From: Candidatus Hydrothermarchaeum profundi
GTDB taxonomy: Archaea; Hydrothermarchaeota; Hydrothermarchaeia; Hydrothermarchaeales; Hydrothermarchaeaceae
DNA length: 64,000 nucleotides
Direction: 5' to 3'
NCBI GenBank assembly: GCA_002011125.2
Contig: MTMF02000009.1
Span: 1,448,989-1,512,988, forward strand
Position numbers and translations under genes: made by a program. The notes beneath the pieces were generated by a model. The model had not been told where the DNA came from. It worked only from the letters and a program-made list of their open reading frames with translations, and ran no database searches. Positions 31,252 to 41,351 of this stretch are shown piece by piece (the first letter of the stretch is position 1; each line of letters begins with the position of its first letter).

Positions 31252-31425
31252 TTAGATTTCAATAATCTGCCTAATTACAATGAATCCTGCTTTCTCTATA
31301 GGAATTAATAAATAGTTTTCAATCGAGTTTTCGGACTCAGATACTCTAAGAATAGAGTAGCTCTTTGGAGCGTTTTTTGTATTGTTGTTATCAAAAATAT
31401 TGAGGCATTCAACACCGCTATTCAT
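31252..31425 (-). CDS. 57-aa hypothetical protein not in ORF track (MNSGVECLNIFDNNNTKNAPKSYSILRVSESENSIENYLLIPIEKAGFIVIRQIIEI)
   Basis: ATG preceded by GGGAGGG SD, 30 nt downstream of the ftsZ stop. Confidence 0.6.
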   Translation of the reverse strand: MNSGVECLNIFDNNNTKNAPKSYSILRVSESENSIENYLLIPIEKAGFIVIRQIIEI

Positions 31426-31455
31426 TTTACCCTCCCAAAAGGATAATGGGGAAGA

Positions 31456-32619
31456 CTACACAATGTAGTCTATCCCTAAGTCAGCCATAACTCCCTGTGG
31501 CTTTGGTTTTTCTGTTTTTCTGAAATGCTTGTTCTGGAAATTGAATGTGCCGACTCTTCTGTTTAGTGTCATCCTCTTGGGAATCTGAATATCCTCTGGT
31601 CCCAATATGTCTGGAGAGGTTACTCCAGTCATAATTACCATTACTTCTACCCTGCCATTGTAACTTGGATCTATTCTTGCGCCCCATATGACATTAGAAT
31701 CATCCTGTAAGTAACCTGTAGCGATCTCTCCGATTCTATTAGCCTCAGCAAGACTCAAATCTTCTCCACCAGTGATATGCACTAAAGCTCCAAACGCTCC
31801 CCTATAGTCTACTTCTAATAAGGGATTCTCAAGTGCATGAGTTACAGCTTCCTCAGCTCTATTTCTTGAGTCTGATTCACCGAGTCCAATCATAGCTATT
31901 CCTCTACCCGACCCTTCTTTCATAACAGATCTTACGTCAGCAAAATCTAAGTTAATCAAGCTGGGAGTTGAAATAGTCTCGGTTATTCCTTTAACCATTC
32001 TCGCTAAAACTTCATCAGCTACTCCGAATGCATCTTCTATTGGGAGATCGGGAACATAGCTTAGTAGCTTATTGTTATCTATGACTACAACGCTATCACA
32101 TGCCTTTCTAAGATTAGTTAGTGCGGTATGACTTTTGAGTATTCTCGCTCTTTCAATCTTAAAAGGCAACGTAACTGCCCCGACTACTACGGCTCCATTA
32201 CTTTTTGCAACTTCGGCTACAATAGGTAAGCTGCCTGTGCCAGTTCCTCCACCTAAACCCCCTGTTACAAAAACTAAGTCTGCTCCTTCGACTATTTCTT
32301 TTAATGCAGGTTTTGCTTCTATAGCAGATTGCTCTCCCACTTCAGGATTTCCGCCGGCTCCCAGCCCCTTGGTTAAATCATATCCTATGAGAACTTTCTT
32401 GTCTGCTTTAGTGACTGCTAAATGTTGTTTATCTGTGTTCACCGCTATTAGCTGTGCTCCTTTCACGCCGATATGTGAAAGCCTGGTTATAGTGTTATTT
32501 CCAGCACCTCCACATCCTATTACTAATATTTTGGCTTCACCAATCTCGGTCTCGGAGACTGGTTTTGCCCTATTTATTATCTGGTTGTTCTCCATCGCTT
32601 TTCTAAATATAGTTTCCAT
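31456..32619 (-). CDS. ftsZ: Cell division protein FtsZ (FtsZ2-type)
   Basis: GGAGNN, NTDKQHL, GGLGGGTGTG, INLDFADV, C-terminal LGIDYI; not in the secE-spt5 context typical of ftsZ1. Confidence 0.95.
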   Translation of the reverse strand: METIFRKAMENNQIINRAKPVSETEIGEAKILVIGCGGAGNNTITRLSHIGVKGAQLIAVNTDKQHLAVTKADKKVLIGYDLTKGLGAGGNPEVGEQSAIEAKPALKEIVEGADLVFVTGGLGGGTGTGSLPIVAEVAKSNGAVVVGAVTLPFKIERARILKSHTALTNLRKACDSVVVIDNNKLLSYVPDLPIEDAFGVADEVLARMVKGITETISTPSLINLDFADVRSVMKEGSGRGIAMIGLGESDSRNRAEEAVTHALENPLLEVDYRGAFGALVHITGGEDLSLAEANRIGEIATGYLQDDSNVIWGARIDPSYNGRVEVMVIMTGVTSPDILGPEDIQIPKRMTLNRRVGTFNFQNKHFRKTEKPKPQGVMADLGIDYIV

Positions 32620-32636
32620 ATTCGCTTTTACCCCCT

Positions 32637-32841
32637 TTGTGAATAAGTGAACAAATATTGTGAATGTGCCCCTATATAAATCTTTCTATTTTATTTTTTT
32701 TTATAAATTAAATGTTAATAGACGTTAAATTTCTTATTCACATGATAATAATTGAATTATAATATGAAAAGATATTTATATGCGGAAATTTTTGTATACA
32801 TAGTTGTGAATAAAAAAATAATCTGGTGATATTGTGAATAG
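32637..32841. promoter_or_regulatory. Divergent promoter region with repeated TGTGAATA-like boxes
   Basis: Boxes at 32637, 32645 (variant), 32658, 32734 (inverted), 32804 and 32832; TATA boxes at 32673-32680 (-) and 32775-32782 (+). Confidence 0.7.
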
Positions 32842-33430
32842 CTATGAAGAGTATATCCTTATAAATCTTGAGGCAGAAGATAGGTTTGGAAGTTCTTCTA
32901 TTACTCTCGAGGGCTTAGATTATGGGGATGCTTGGGAAGAGATAAAAAACCATCTAAAATTTTTATATCAAACAGAAAGATTCGTCGATATCACACTATC
33001 AATAAAAATTAAGGAAGAAACAACTAAAACCATTCAAAGAAAATTAAAAAATGTTGGATATAGTAAAGCAAAAGATGCAATAGCAGGGTTTTTAAAATAT
33101 GCTTATAGAATTGAAGATGAAACGCTACTATTACCTGCAATTGAATCTCCGATAGAGCCAATTTTTGGAGAATCAAGCTGGCTTTCTAATTATGATCTTG
33201 AAAATTTAACTCAAAAAGAAAAAGTATTTTTGCTATTAAAATACAATCATCCTGGTCATTGGGTGAAATCGCAAGAACTTCAAAAGGAATATAAGATTGT
33301 ATATGGAGAACAAATAAAACTTAGCTCCCTTTCAACATATTTGGCTAGATTCTACGAGAAAGGCAGTTTAGAGAGGAGGGGCAGTAGAGCACAGAGAGAA
33401 TATCTACTTAAAGCAGCTTCAAGTTTTTAA
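32834..33430 (+). CDS. Hypothetical protein with C-terminal winged-helix domain, putative regulator
   Basis: SD GGTGAT before GTG; C-terminal LTQKEKV...KSQELQKEY...LSSLSTYLARFYEKGSLERRG...REY. Confidence 0.7.
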   Translation: MNSYEEYILINLEAEDRFGSSSITLEGLDYGDAWEEIKNHLKFLYQTERFVDITLSIKIKEETTKTIQRKLKNVGYSKAKDAIAGFLKYAYRIEDETLLLPAIESPIEPIFGESSWLSNYDLENLTQKEKVFLLLKYNHPGHWVKSQELQKEYKIVYGEQIKLSSLSTYLARFYEKGSLERRGSRAQREYLLKAASSF

Positions 33431-34044
33431 TGCTTTACACCCACTTTCTTTAAAAGACGCAATATTTTTTCATATTCACCTCGGCTAATAGTTTTTTCCA
33501 TTATCTTAAGATACTCTGTGATATCGACATCTTCTCTTCGTGATAGCTTTATAGCTAGCTCTATAGCAGCACATAGACCCCTATTTACGGCAATAGGATT
33601 TCCAGAAACTGACATGTCCACGACTTTGCACTTGATTAAAGAAAACTTAGTAGGCCTGAATTTATCAGATTTCAGATATTCCTTATGGGCAAGGAGTTCC
33701 GTCTCTATATATGCACTAGATTTTTTGAGAATAGGGGCATTAACTTTTTTAGCTTTATCTACGCTCTCTCTTTCTATTTCTAGTTCAGTAGCCCCTTTGC
33801 CTCTACCTAATAGCGTAGTGCTCAAAAATAAGTAAGGATCAGAAGTAACATTAATAACACATGCCTTATTCCTCATAAGGTTATTATATGTATCACTAGT
33901 TGTGTGAATCCTCATTACTACAATATCCTCGCCTATAGAACTTATTCCAATTGGTGCCGCGTTTGGACTTCCATCTTCATTATAAGTTGTTACAATAGCT
34001 TCAGAAATCTGATTTTCTTTTATTCCCAAGTCTGACAATTTCAA
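33427..34044 (-). CDS. DUF447-family protein
   Basis: EAIVTT, PNAAPIG, T..N, NRG..A.IE.AI motifs. Confidence 0.8.
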   Translation of the reverse strand: MKLSDLGIKENQISEAIVTTYNEDGSPNAAPIGISSIGEDIVVMRIHTTSDTYNNLMRNKACVINVTSDPYLFLSTTLLGRGKGATELEIERESVDKAKKVNAPILKKSSAYIETELLAHKEYLKSDKFRPTKFSLIKCKVVDMSVSGNPIAVNRGLCAAIELAIKLSRREDVDITEYLKIMEKTISRGEYEKILRLLKKVGVKH

Positions 34045-34946
34045 ATTCTCAATCCTCTTAAAAGCGATATCATTAAAGACGAAGTAACGAGATCAGCTGT
34101 TGTACCTGGATTTAAACGATTTTTGCTTTTTCTCAAATAATTATCAAACTCATGCACGGATAAACTTCCTTCTAATACTCTCTGAGCTTTCTTAGATACT
34201 TCTTCAGCAATTTTAGCACCCTCTTTCCGCTTAATCAAGGAGTCAGGTATTTCTGATAAAATTTTTAGGTAGGTATTTACTATAGCGTCATTAATATTTT
34301 TTAGTTGTGAATACTCTTCCATTAAGGTAGGGAATCCTATTTCAAATGAAATTCTCATTGATGTCGTTAATTCTTTAGCGATAGAATCATCTTTGCTTAA
34401 TTCCATAAGCTGAAAAAGGTTCACTTTATTCTCTTCAATTTCTCTTAAAGATCTGTCACTAAAAACATCATATTCTTTTACTTTACCCATGCCTCCAGGT
34501 TTAACGATCCTAATCGTATTAAACAACGCCAGAGAATCATGAAAAGTGCTCTCTTTTATAATGTGGTCTATGTTTTTCCTTATTACTTTCTCATTCTCAG
34601 TTCCCATAGCAATTGAGGCGCCCCATGCGGAGGATAGGGGTATTAAAAGCATAGCAATCCCAAGATTAGTATTCTTGCCGGTATGCCATTTTTTTGACTC
34701 AATTACAGCATCCATTACAAGTCTTCCAATCCCTATCTCGCTAAATCTCATGTTACCGGTTCCGGATTTGAACCCTCTCTCAGCAGCTTTTTTAGTTGAT
34801 TTCCACAGGGATACTCCGCTGGCTAAAAAATGTTCAAATCTGGTATCATCGAAATCATGGTATCTGTTCACATTGCCAGGTTTAGGAGCGCTTACTTCTA
34901 AAACGCATGCAAGTTGAGCGCATGTAGGTATATCAGAAATTTCCAT
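34041..34946 (-). CDS. citG: CitG-family triphosphoribosyl-dephospho-CoA synthase-like protein (archaeal C1-cofactor type)
   Basis: LEVSAPKPGNV, NTNLG, NPGTTAD. Confidence 0.85.
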   Translation of the reverse strand: MEISDIPTCAQLACVLEVSAPKPGNVNRYHDFDDTRFEHFLASGVSLWKSTKKAAERGFKSGTGNMRFSEIGIGRLVMDAVIESKKWHTGKNTNLGIAMLLIPLSSAWGASIAMGTENEKVIRKNIDHIIKESTFHDSLALFNTIRIVKPGGMGKVKEYDVFSDRSLREIEENKVNLFQLMELSKDDSIAKELTTSMRISFEIGFPTLMEEYSQLKNINDAIVNTYLKILSEIPDSLIKRKEGAKIAEEVSKKAQRVLEGSLSVHEFDNYLRKSKNRLNPGTTADLVTSSLMISLLRGLRI

Positions 34947-34951
34947 ATTTC

Positions 34952-35878
34952 TTAATTTAATAATTCTAATATAAAACTCGCTAGTGTAGTCTTATCGTTA
35001 AGGCTTCTCATAATTATATTTGTTTCATAGCATTCTACACCGAGATTTTCAATAGCCGCTTTTGAATCATCGGAGGAATTTATTATGAATTTGCTTATAA
35101 TGCCGCTATAAACTTTGGCGACTCCGACTGGACTTACTTCGAATCCCATAGCTTCCATAAATTTATCTGCAGGACCAGATACGGGATTAGTACCTATAAT
35201 AGGCGATATTGCTACGCATTTTGCGTTGTTTTTTCTAATAGCTTTTTTTATTCCTTTGATAGATAAAATTGGAAGAATGCTTGAAATAGGATTACTTGGT
35301 CCAATAATTATACCATTAGCATTTGCCAAAGCTTTTAACACAGATGGAAGAGGTCTAGCTTTTCCTATTCCATGGAAGTAAATGCTATTAACCTTTAATT
35401 TTCCTTTGTATCGGATGAGATAAGTATGGAGATTCATTTCTCCAAGCGGAGTTTGTATTATCGTCTGAACCCTATCGTTACTCATCGGGTAAACCTTAGC
35501 CTTTACTCCTAATGCTTTTTTTTGGAGTTCAATCACTCTTGATAGCCTCATGCCTTTTGACAGTAGAACCCCTCGTTGGATATGCGTAGCTCGGTCTCTA
35601 TCCCCTATGTTCAAGATCTCATCGTAACCGAGTTCTTTCAAAGTTTTATGTGTTATAAATGAATCTCCTTTAATGCCGTACCATGTTTCTTCATTGATCT
35701 TATCCGCTAAAGTGTACATAACCGTGTCAACATCTGGGGAGAAATATCCATGTGGCAGCCACTCATCTTCAGCAGTGTTAACAATAACTACAAGTTGATT
35801 TTCTGGGAGTATCTCTTTTAAACCTTGAAGAAGCTTAGGAGTCCCTGTCCCGCCTGAAAGAACTACGAGCATGCTCAT
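34952..35878 (-). CDS. cofD: 2-phospho-L-lactate transferase
   Basis: LSGGTGTPKL, SPDVDTV, IGDRDRA, GPSNPISSI. Confidence 0.93.
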   Translation of the reverse strand: MSMLVVLSGGTGTPKLLQGLKEILPENQLVVIVNTAEDEWLPHGYFSPDVDTVMYTLADKINEETWYGIKGDSFITHKTLKELGYDEILNIGDRDRATHIQRGVLLSKGMRLSRVIELQKKALGVKAKVYPMSNDRVQTIIQTPLGEMNLHTYLIRYKGKLKVNSIYFHGIGKARPLPSVLKALANANGIIIGPSNPISSILPILSIKGIKKAIRKNNAKCVAISPIIGTNPVSGPADKFMEAMGFEVSPVGVAKVYSGIISKFIINSSDDSKAAIENLGVECYETNIIMRSLNDKTTLASFILELLN

Positions 35879-36627
35879 CTCCTGAATATATCAATCCTTT
35901 TATCTCTTAATAAGTCGCTTGCTTTCCCGCTACCGAGAAAATTAAGCCCTTTTATCACTGCACAGGGTATCCCTTCATTTGCCTCTCCAAAAATTAGAGA
36001 AGCAAATGCAGCCAATGCGTCTCCAACCGCAACTCGGGTTACTTCAAGACGGCGGTTGTATAAATCTCTGTGTCCTCTCCTATCCCATAAAACAGTTATT
36101 CCAGACGCACCTATAACAAATCCCACAGTTCCATATCTAAATGGTCTCCCCCATGAATCAACTATTATAACTCCTAATTTCTTTCCCGTTTTTTCTTCAA
36201 GGCTTGTTCTGATCTCATAGGCAGATTCGTCTGGATCTTTTGGTAAAAGCTTCACCATACCGCTACTAACATTACTCTGATCAACACCCCCATTAGCGCA
36301 TATAAACCCCTGTTTAGTTTCAACAATTATAAAATGTTCACCAAACCCGATAATTTCTTTAGATTCCCTCAATACGAGTTCTATAATTCTTGGGTCCTTT
36401 CCAATTTTATTAGATAATTCAAGTGCTTTCTTGGATGGCTGAATATCGTCTAACTTATATAGCCTACCTTCAGCTTTTGAAACTATCTTCTCTGTAATAG
36501 CAATTATATCGCCATTGTCTAGCCTTATTCCACTAGCAGATAATGCATTCAAGATAATTTCAACGATATTGTCTCCAGGGCGTACCTCTGGGATTCCTTC
36601 TAGTCCGATCACTTGAACTTGTTTCAT
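35875..36627 (-). CDS. cofE: Coenzyme F420-0:L-glutamate ligase
   Basis: KIVSKAEGR, ANGGVDQSN, DPDESA, DSWGRPFR. Confidence 0.93.
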   Translation of the reverse strand: MKQVQVIGLEGIPEVRPGDNIVEIILNALSASGIRLDNGDIIAITEKIVSKAEGRLYKLDDIQPSKKALELSNKIGKDPRIIELVLRESKEIIGFGEHFIIVETKQGFICANGGVDQSNVSSGMVKLLPKDPDESAYEIRTSLEEKTGKKLGVIIVDSWGRPFRYGTVGFVIGASGITVLWDRRGHRDLYNRRLEVTRVAVGDALAAFASLIFGEANEGIPCAVIKGLNFLGSGKASDLLRDKRIDIFRR

Positions 36628-36717
36628 GCGAAAATATTCTATATAAGAGGGTTTAAGCTTTTCTTTATAGACAGAGCTCTCTAAAATAAGAAGAGGAGGC
36701 TCTTGTGGGGTTAAAAG

Positions 36718-37962
36718 ATGAAAGTTTATTTCGAGACGTATGGTTGCACAATGAATAAAAGCGATACTGACTTAGCAATAGGTTTAGTACAGAGGGAGCA
36801 TAAAATAGTTGGAAGTGCTCATGAAGCTGATGCCATTGTGGTAAATTCTTGCGGAGTCATAGAGACTACGGAAAGAAAGATAATAAAGAGATTATATGTT
36901 CTAAAAAAGTCTAATAAAAAAATTATTCTAACTGGATGTCTCCCTAAAATTAATCCTTCAGTAATAAAGAAATCTATGGTAGATGCAGTCGTTCCTCTCA
37001 GGGCGATAAACACTGCTCTGGGGAAATTTAACGGTAGAGAGATAGAGGCTTCTCATAAGAGCGAAATAGATAGGTATTATCTGCCTGTAAGTAGACCTAA
37101 TGGTGTAATCGCAGTTGTGCCGATCTCTGAAGGATGTTTAGGGGAATGCACATACTGCGCTACTAAGAAAGCGAGAGGGAGACTTAAAAGTAGATATCCT
37201 GATTTTATATTGAGAGAAGTTAGGGACTTGATCAAAGAAGGGTACAAAGAAATACAACTTACTGCTCAAGACACAGGTGCTTATGGTTTGGATATTGGAG
37301 TTCGATTACATGATCTCCTAACAAAAATCTGTGGTGTAGGGGGTGATTTTAGGATTAGAATTGGGATGATGAATCCAAAGAATGTAATTGACATACTTGA
37401 TGCCCTTGTAGATGTCTACCAAAATGAAAAAATATATAAATTCATCCATCTTCCATTGCAAAGCGGTGATGATCAGGTTCTTAAAGATATGAAAAGAGGG
37501 TATACTGTCGCTGATTTTATGAATATTGTTGAGGTAATTAAAAGGAAGTTTCCTGAAATGACTTTTTCAACCGACGTTATTGTGGGGTATCCAACAGAGG
37601 ACGAAGAAGCATTTCTAAAGACAAAAAATCTTATAAAACAAATTGAGCCCGACATTTTGAATATAACGAGATTCTCTAAGCGTCCGGCTACTGAGGCAGC
37701 GAAGTTAAAGGATACTCTTGATAGAACCAAAAAAAATAGATCTAGAGAACTAACAAGTTTACATCATGAAATCGGATTAAAGAAGAATAAAAAATACAAA
37801 GGTAGACAATTAGATGTCTTGATAACAGAAAGAGGAAAAAATAACACGTTTTTAGGCAGATCTAATAATTATAAACAGATAGTACTAAAAAATGGTAAAA
37901 TTGGGGAGTTCTACAAGACAAAAATAGTAGACTTTACTTTTACTTATTTGATCGGTAACTAA
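36718..37962 (+). CDS. tRNA t6A37 methylthiotransferase (MiaB-like radical SAM, archaeal MtaB type)
   Basis: ETYGC..N..D, NSC, GC, CLGECTYC, C-terminal TRAM domain. Confidence 0.88.
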   Translation: MKVYFETYGCTMNKSDTDLAIGLVQREHKIVGSAHEADAIVVNSCGVIETTERKIIKRLYVLKKSNKKIILTGCLPKINPSVIKKSMVDAVVPLRAINTALGKFNGREIEASHKSEIDRYYLPVSRPNGVIAVVPISEGCLGECTYCATKKARGRLKSRYPDFILREVRDLIKEGYKEIQLTAQDTGAYGLDIGVRLHDLLTKICGVGGDFRIRIGMMNPKNVIDILDALVDVYQNEKIYKFIHLPLQSGDDQVLKDMKRGYTVADFMNIVEVIKRKFPEMTFSTDVIVGYPTEDEEAFLKTKNLIKQIEPDILNITRFSKRPATEAAKLKDTLDRTKKNRSRELTSLHHEIGLKKNKKYKGRQLDVLITERGKNNTFLGRSNNYKQIVLKNGKIGEFYKTKIVDFTFTYLIGN

Positions 37963-38093
37963 ACATAACGCGATTTTTATGCATAATTCATTAAAAAAGT
38001 GAAGAATTTCGAAATAATTGGCGGAAAGATGGAAAAACACAACATGGAAGAAATATCGGGATACTCTGCGGATAAAAAGACGGAGGTGATATT

Positions 38094-38282
38094 ATGGTTA
38101 GACCGGTAGTAGATACAGAACTTTGTACAGGGTGCGGAACTTGCGAGTCTCTCTGCCCTGATGTATTTGAGGTTGGAGACGACGACAAATCCCATGTTAT
38201 AAATGAGGAAGGATGTAACGGTTGTGATTGCCAGGAAGCTGTCGACTCCTGCCCTGAGGGTGCTATTAGTTTAGTTGAGTGA
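38094..38282 (+). CDS. Monocluster ferredoxin
   Basis: CTGCGTCESLCP...CPEGAI; SD GGAGGTGA. Confidence 0.92.
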   Translation: MVRPVVDTELCTGCGTCESLCPDVFEVGDDDKSHVINEEGCNGCDCQEAVDSCPEGAISLVE

Positions 38283-38325
38283 GAGGACTCAAAGTGAGAG
38301 GAGGATTTGAGAGAGGGGACGAGCC

Positions 38326-38802
38326 TTAACTCTGAGGCTCGCCAAATCTCTCTTTTAGGATTAAATATAGATAAAGGCGTGTTTTTAGATTGATATTTAA
38401 CCCCCTATATAAGTTATTTTTTGTTAATCCGTCAAAATAAATAGGATATGTGAATATAACATTACTTAATATTCCTTTTTCATCAAATTTGAATTCAAAT
38501 TGATTTTCTTTAAATATAAACTCTTTCCTAAGCTCATCTAGGAACTTTTCGCGTGCATTTTTTTCCATATTTTTGAGCCTTTCTTTAAAGTATGAAGTTA
38601 TAATTATTGGGTCGACAATTAATAATAAATCCCCGATTTGCTTCGGTTGCACAATATGCTGCCTTGTTTGTTTTCCAATTGGGTAATCTATCTTAAAATT
38701 AAAGGTTGCATTTTTATCCTCAATTTTTTCAATTGAATGGCCGTTTTCAGTTATCCACTTATATACAATTTCTTTTGCTTCTTCAGCATCTTTTATTTCC
38801 AT
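38326..38802 (-). CDS. DUF2299-like protein
   Basis: WITE.G, IVQPK, IYFDGLTK motifs; SD GAGGTGA. Confidence 0.7.
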   Translation of the reverse strand: MEIKDAEEAKEIVYKWITENGHSIEKIEDKNATFNFKIDYPIGKQTRQHIVQPKQIGDLLLIVDPIIITSYFKERLKNMEKNAREKFLDELRKEFIFKENQFEFKFDEKGILSNVIFTYPIYFDGLTKNNLYRGLNINLKTRLYLYLILKERFGEPQS

Positions 38803-38847
38803 TTTTACATCACCTCAATAGCATTAAAAGTAAATTATATAATATAA

Positions 38848-38935
38848 AGGCAAAGGCAGGAAGGCTTAAAAAAATTTTTAGTAGGAGGCTATCTGCAGAA
38901 GGAAAGAGGTGGATGAACTTATCCTGCCTTTGCCT
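38848..38935 (-). ncRNA. Candidate small RNA: 14-bp terminal stem enclosing anti-SD motifs
   Basis: Perfect inverted repeat AGGCAAAGGCAGGA / TCCTGCCTTTGCCT; BRE-TATA on the minus strand at 38959-38975. Confidence 0.5.
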
Positions 38936-39136
38936 ATCTGTAATTTAATTAAACTCTAAATATAAAAACCTTTTGAATAATTATCCAAACTATTAGCGAT
39001 ATTAAAAAAATTAATTAGAACTATTTTTGAATATTTTTTCATAATCATTAAAAAAAATTAGACAAAAATATAGAAAGTATATCTATATGGCGGGTTGATG
39101 GATAATAGATCATTTATCTCCTCATAGAAGTATAAT

Positions 39137-39183
39137 AAAAAAATGAGGCAGGGGAACCTTACATATCCATTAGGTTTTCCCCT
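39137..39183 (-). terminator. Hairpin plus oligo-T downstream of the 38-aa ORF
   Basis: AGGGG(AA)AACCT...AGGTTCCCCT followed by GCCTCATTTTTTT on the minus strand. Confidence 0.5.
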
Positions 39184-39199
39184 TTATTTTTAGTGGGAT

Positions 39200-39316
39200 T
39201 TAAAGTTTCTTTAACAGTTCATCCACACTTGGAAGTCCATTAAGCTCGTCTTCATTCATTTCTTCTTTATATGCAGATAGGTCCATTGCAATATCTTTTG
39301 CAGATTTCTCAGCCAT
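39200..39316 (-). CDS. 38-aa acidic small protein (MAEKSAKDIAMDLSAYKEEMNEDELNGLPSVDELLKKL)
   Basis: Strong SD GAGGTGAGG, own TATA (39366-39374) and a terminator hairpin; the track's 100-aa version runs into the tRNA. Confidence 0.7.
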   Translation of the reverse strand: MAEKSAKDIAMDLSAYKEEMNEDELNGLPSVDELLKKL

Positions 39317-39421
39317 TAATTCCTCACCTCTTTCCACTAAATACAAACTGACATTAGAAGTTCCCATATATAAATTTAATTGTAAAAAAAATTCAATAGG
39401 ACTGCTACATTGTATCATGAG

Positions 39422-39516
39422 TGCGGCCACCGGGATTCGAACCCGGGTAGCTAGCTTTTTCCAGCCTTTAGCAAGGCTATGGGAAGCTAGTGTCTTAACC
39501 ACTGGACCATGGCCGC
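39422..39516 (-). tRNA. tRNA-Gly(CCC) with 23-nt intron at 37/38 (39457-39479)
   Basis: Acceptor GCGGCCA/TGGCCGC, T-loop TTCGAAT, anticodon stem CTAGC/GCTAG, perfect BHB (TTCC/GGAA helix, CA^T and AA^A bulges); CCA not encoded. Confidence 0.95.
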
Positions 39517-39556
39517 ATACTATTCAACTATTATAATTGTGGCTTATTAAAATTTT

Positions 39557-41154
<1,598 letters not shown>

Positions 41155-41171
41155 CTACAGGGGCGGTAAAT

Positions 41172-41327
41172 TCATTTTTTCTTCCAGATGGTATAACCAC
41201 AGGAACCACATGCATAGCGATCCTTATGTTCAGCCATGAATACCCCATCCCCACACCGCGGGCATGACTTTTTCTTCCGGATAATCTTATTATCTTTTAT
41301 TTCATATAGCTTCCATTTTTGTGACAT
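41172..41327 (-). CDS. rps27ae: 30S ribosomal protein S27ae (not in ORF track)
   Basis: [51 protein letters not shown]. Confidence 0.95.
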   Translation of the reverse strand: MSQKWKLYEIKDNKIIRKKKSCPRCGDGVFMAEHKDRYACGSCGYTIWKKK

Positions 41328-41351
41328 TTTCTGACCTTCCTGAAAATCTTT

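Noticed and set aside
32637-32841. Replication origin, suggested by DnaA-box-like 9-mers in an AT-rich spacer
   Set aside because: The host is archaeal, with no ORB G-string motifs and no adjacent cdc6/orc1; box positions fit transcriptional operators
38706-38948. Plus-strand 80-aa ORF and the internal 11-aa peptide MNLSCLCLSVI
   Set aside because: The long ORF is antisense to DUF2299; the short one has its SD abutting the ATG and lies inside the stem, so an RNA element explains it better
39317-39502. N-terminal part of the 100-aa track ORF 39200..39502
   Set aside because: It overlaps tRNA-Gly and the promoter; the SD supports a start at 39316
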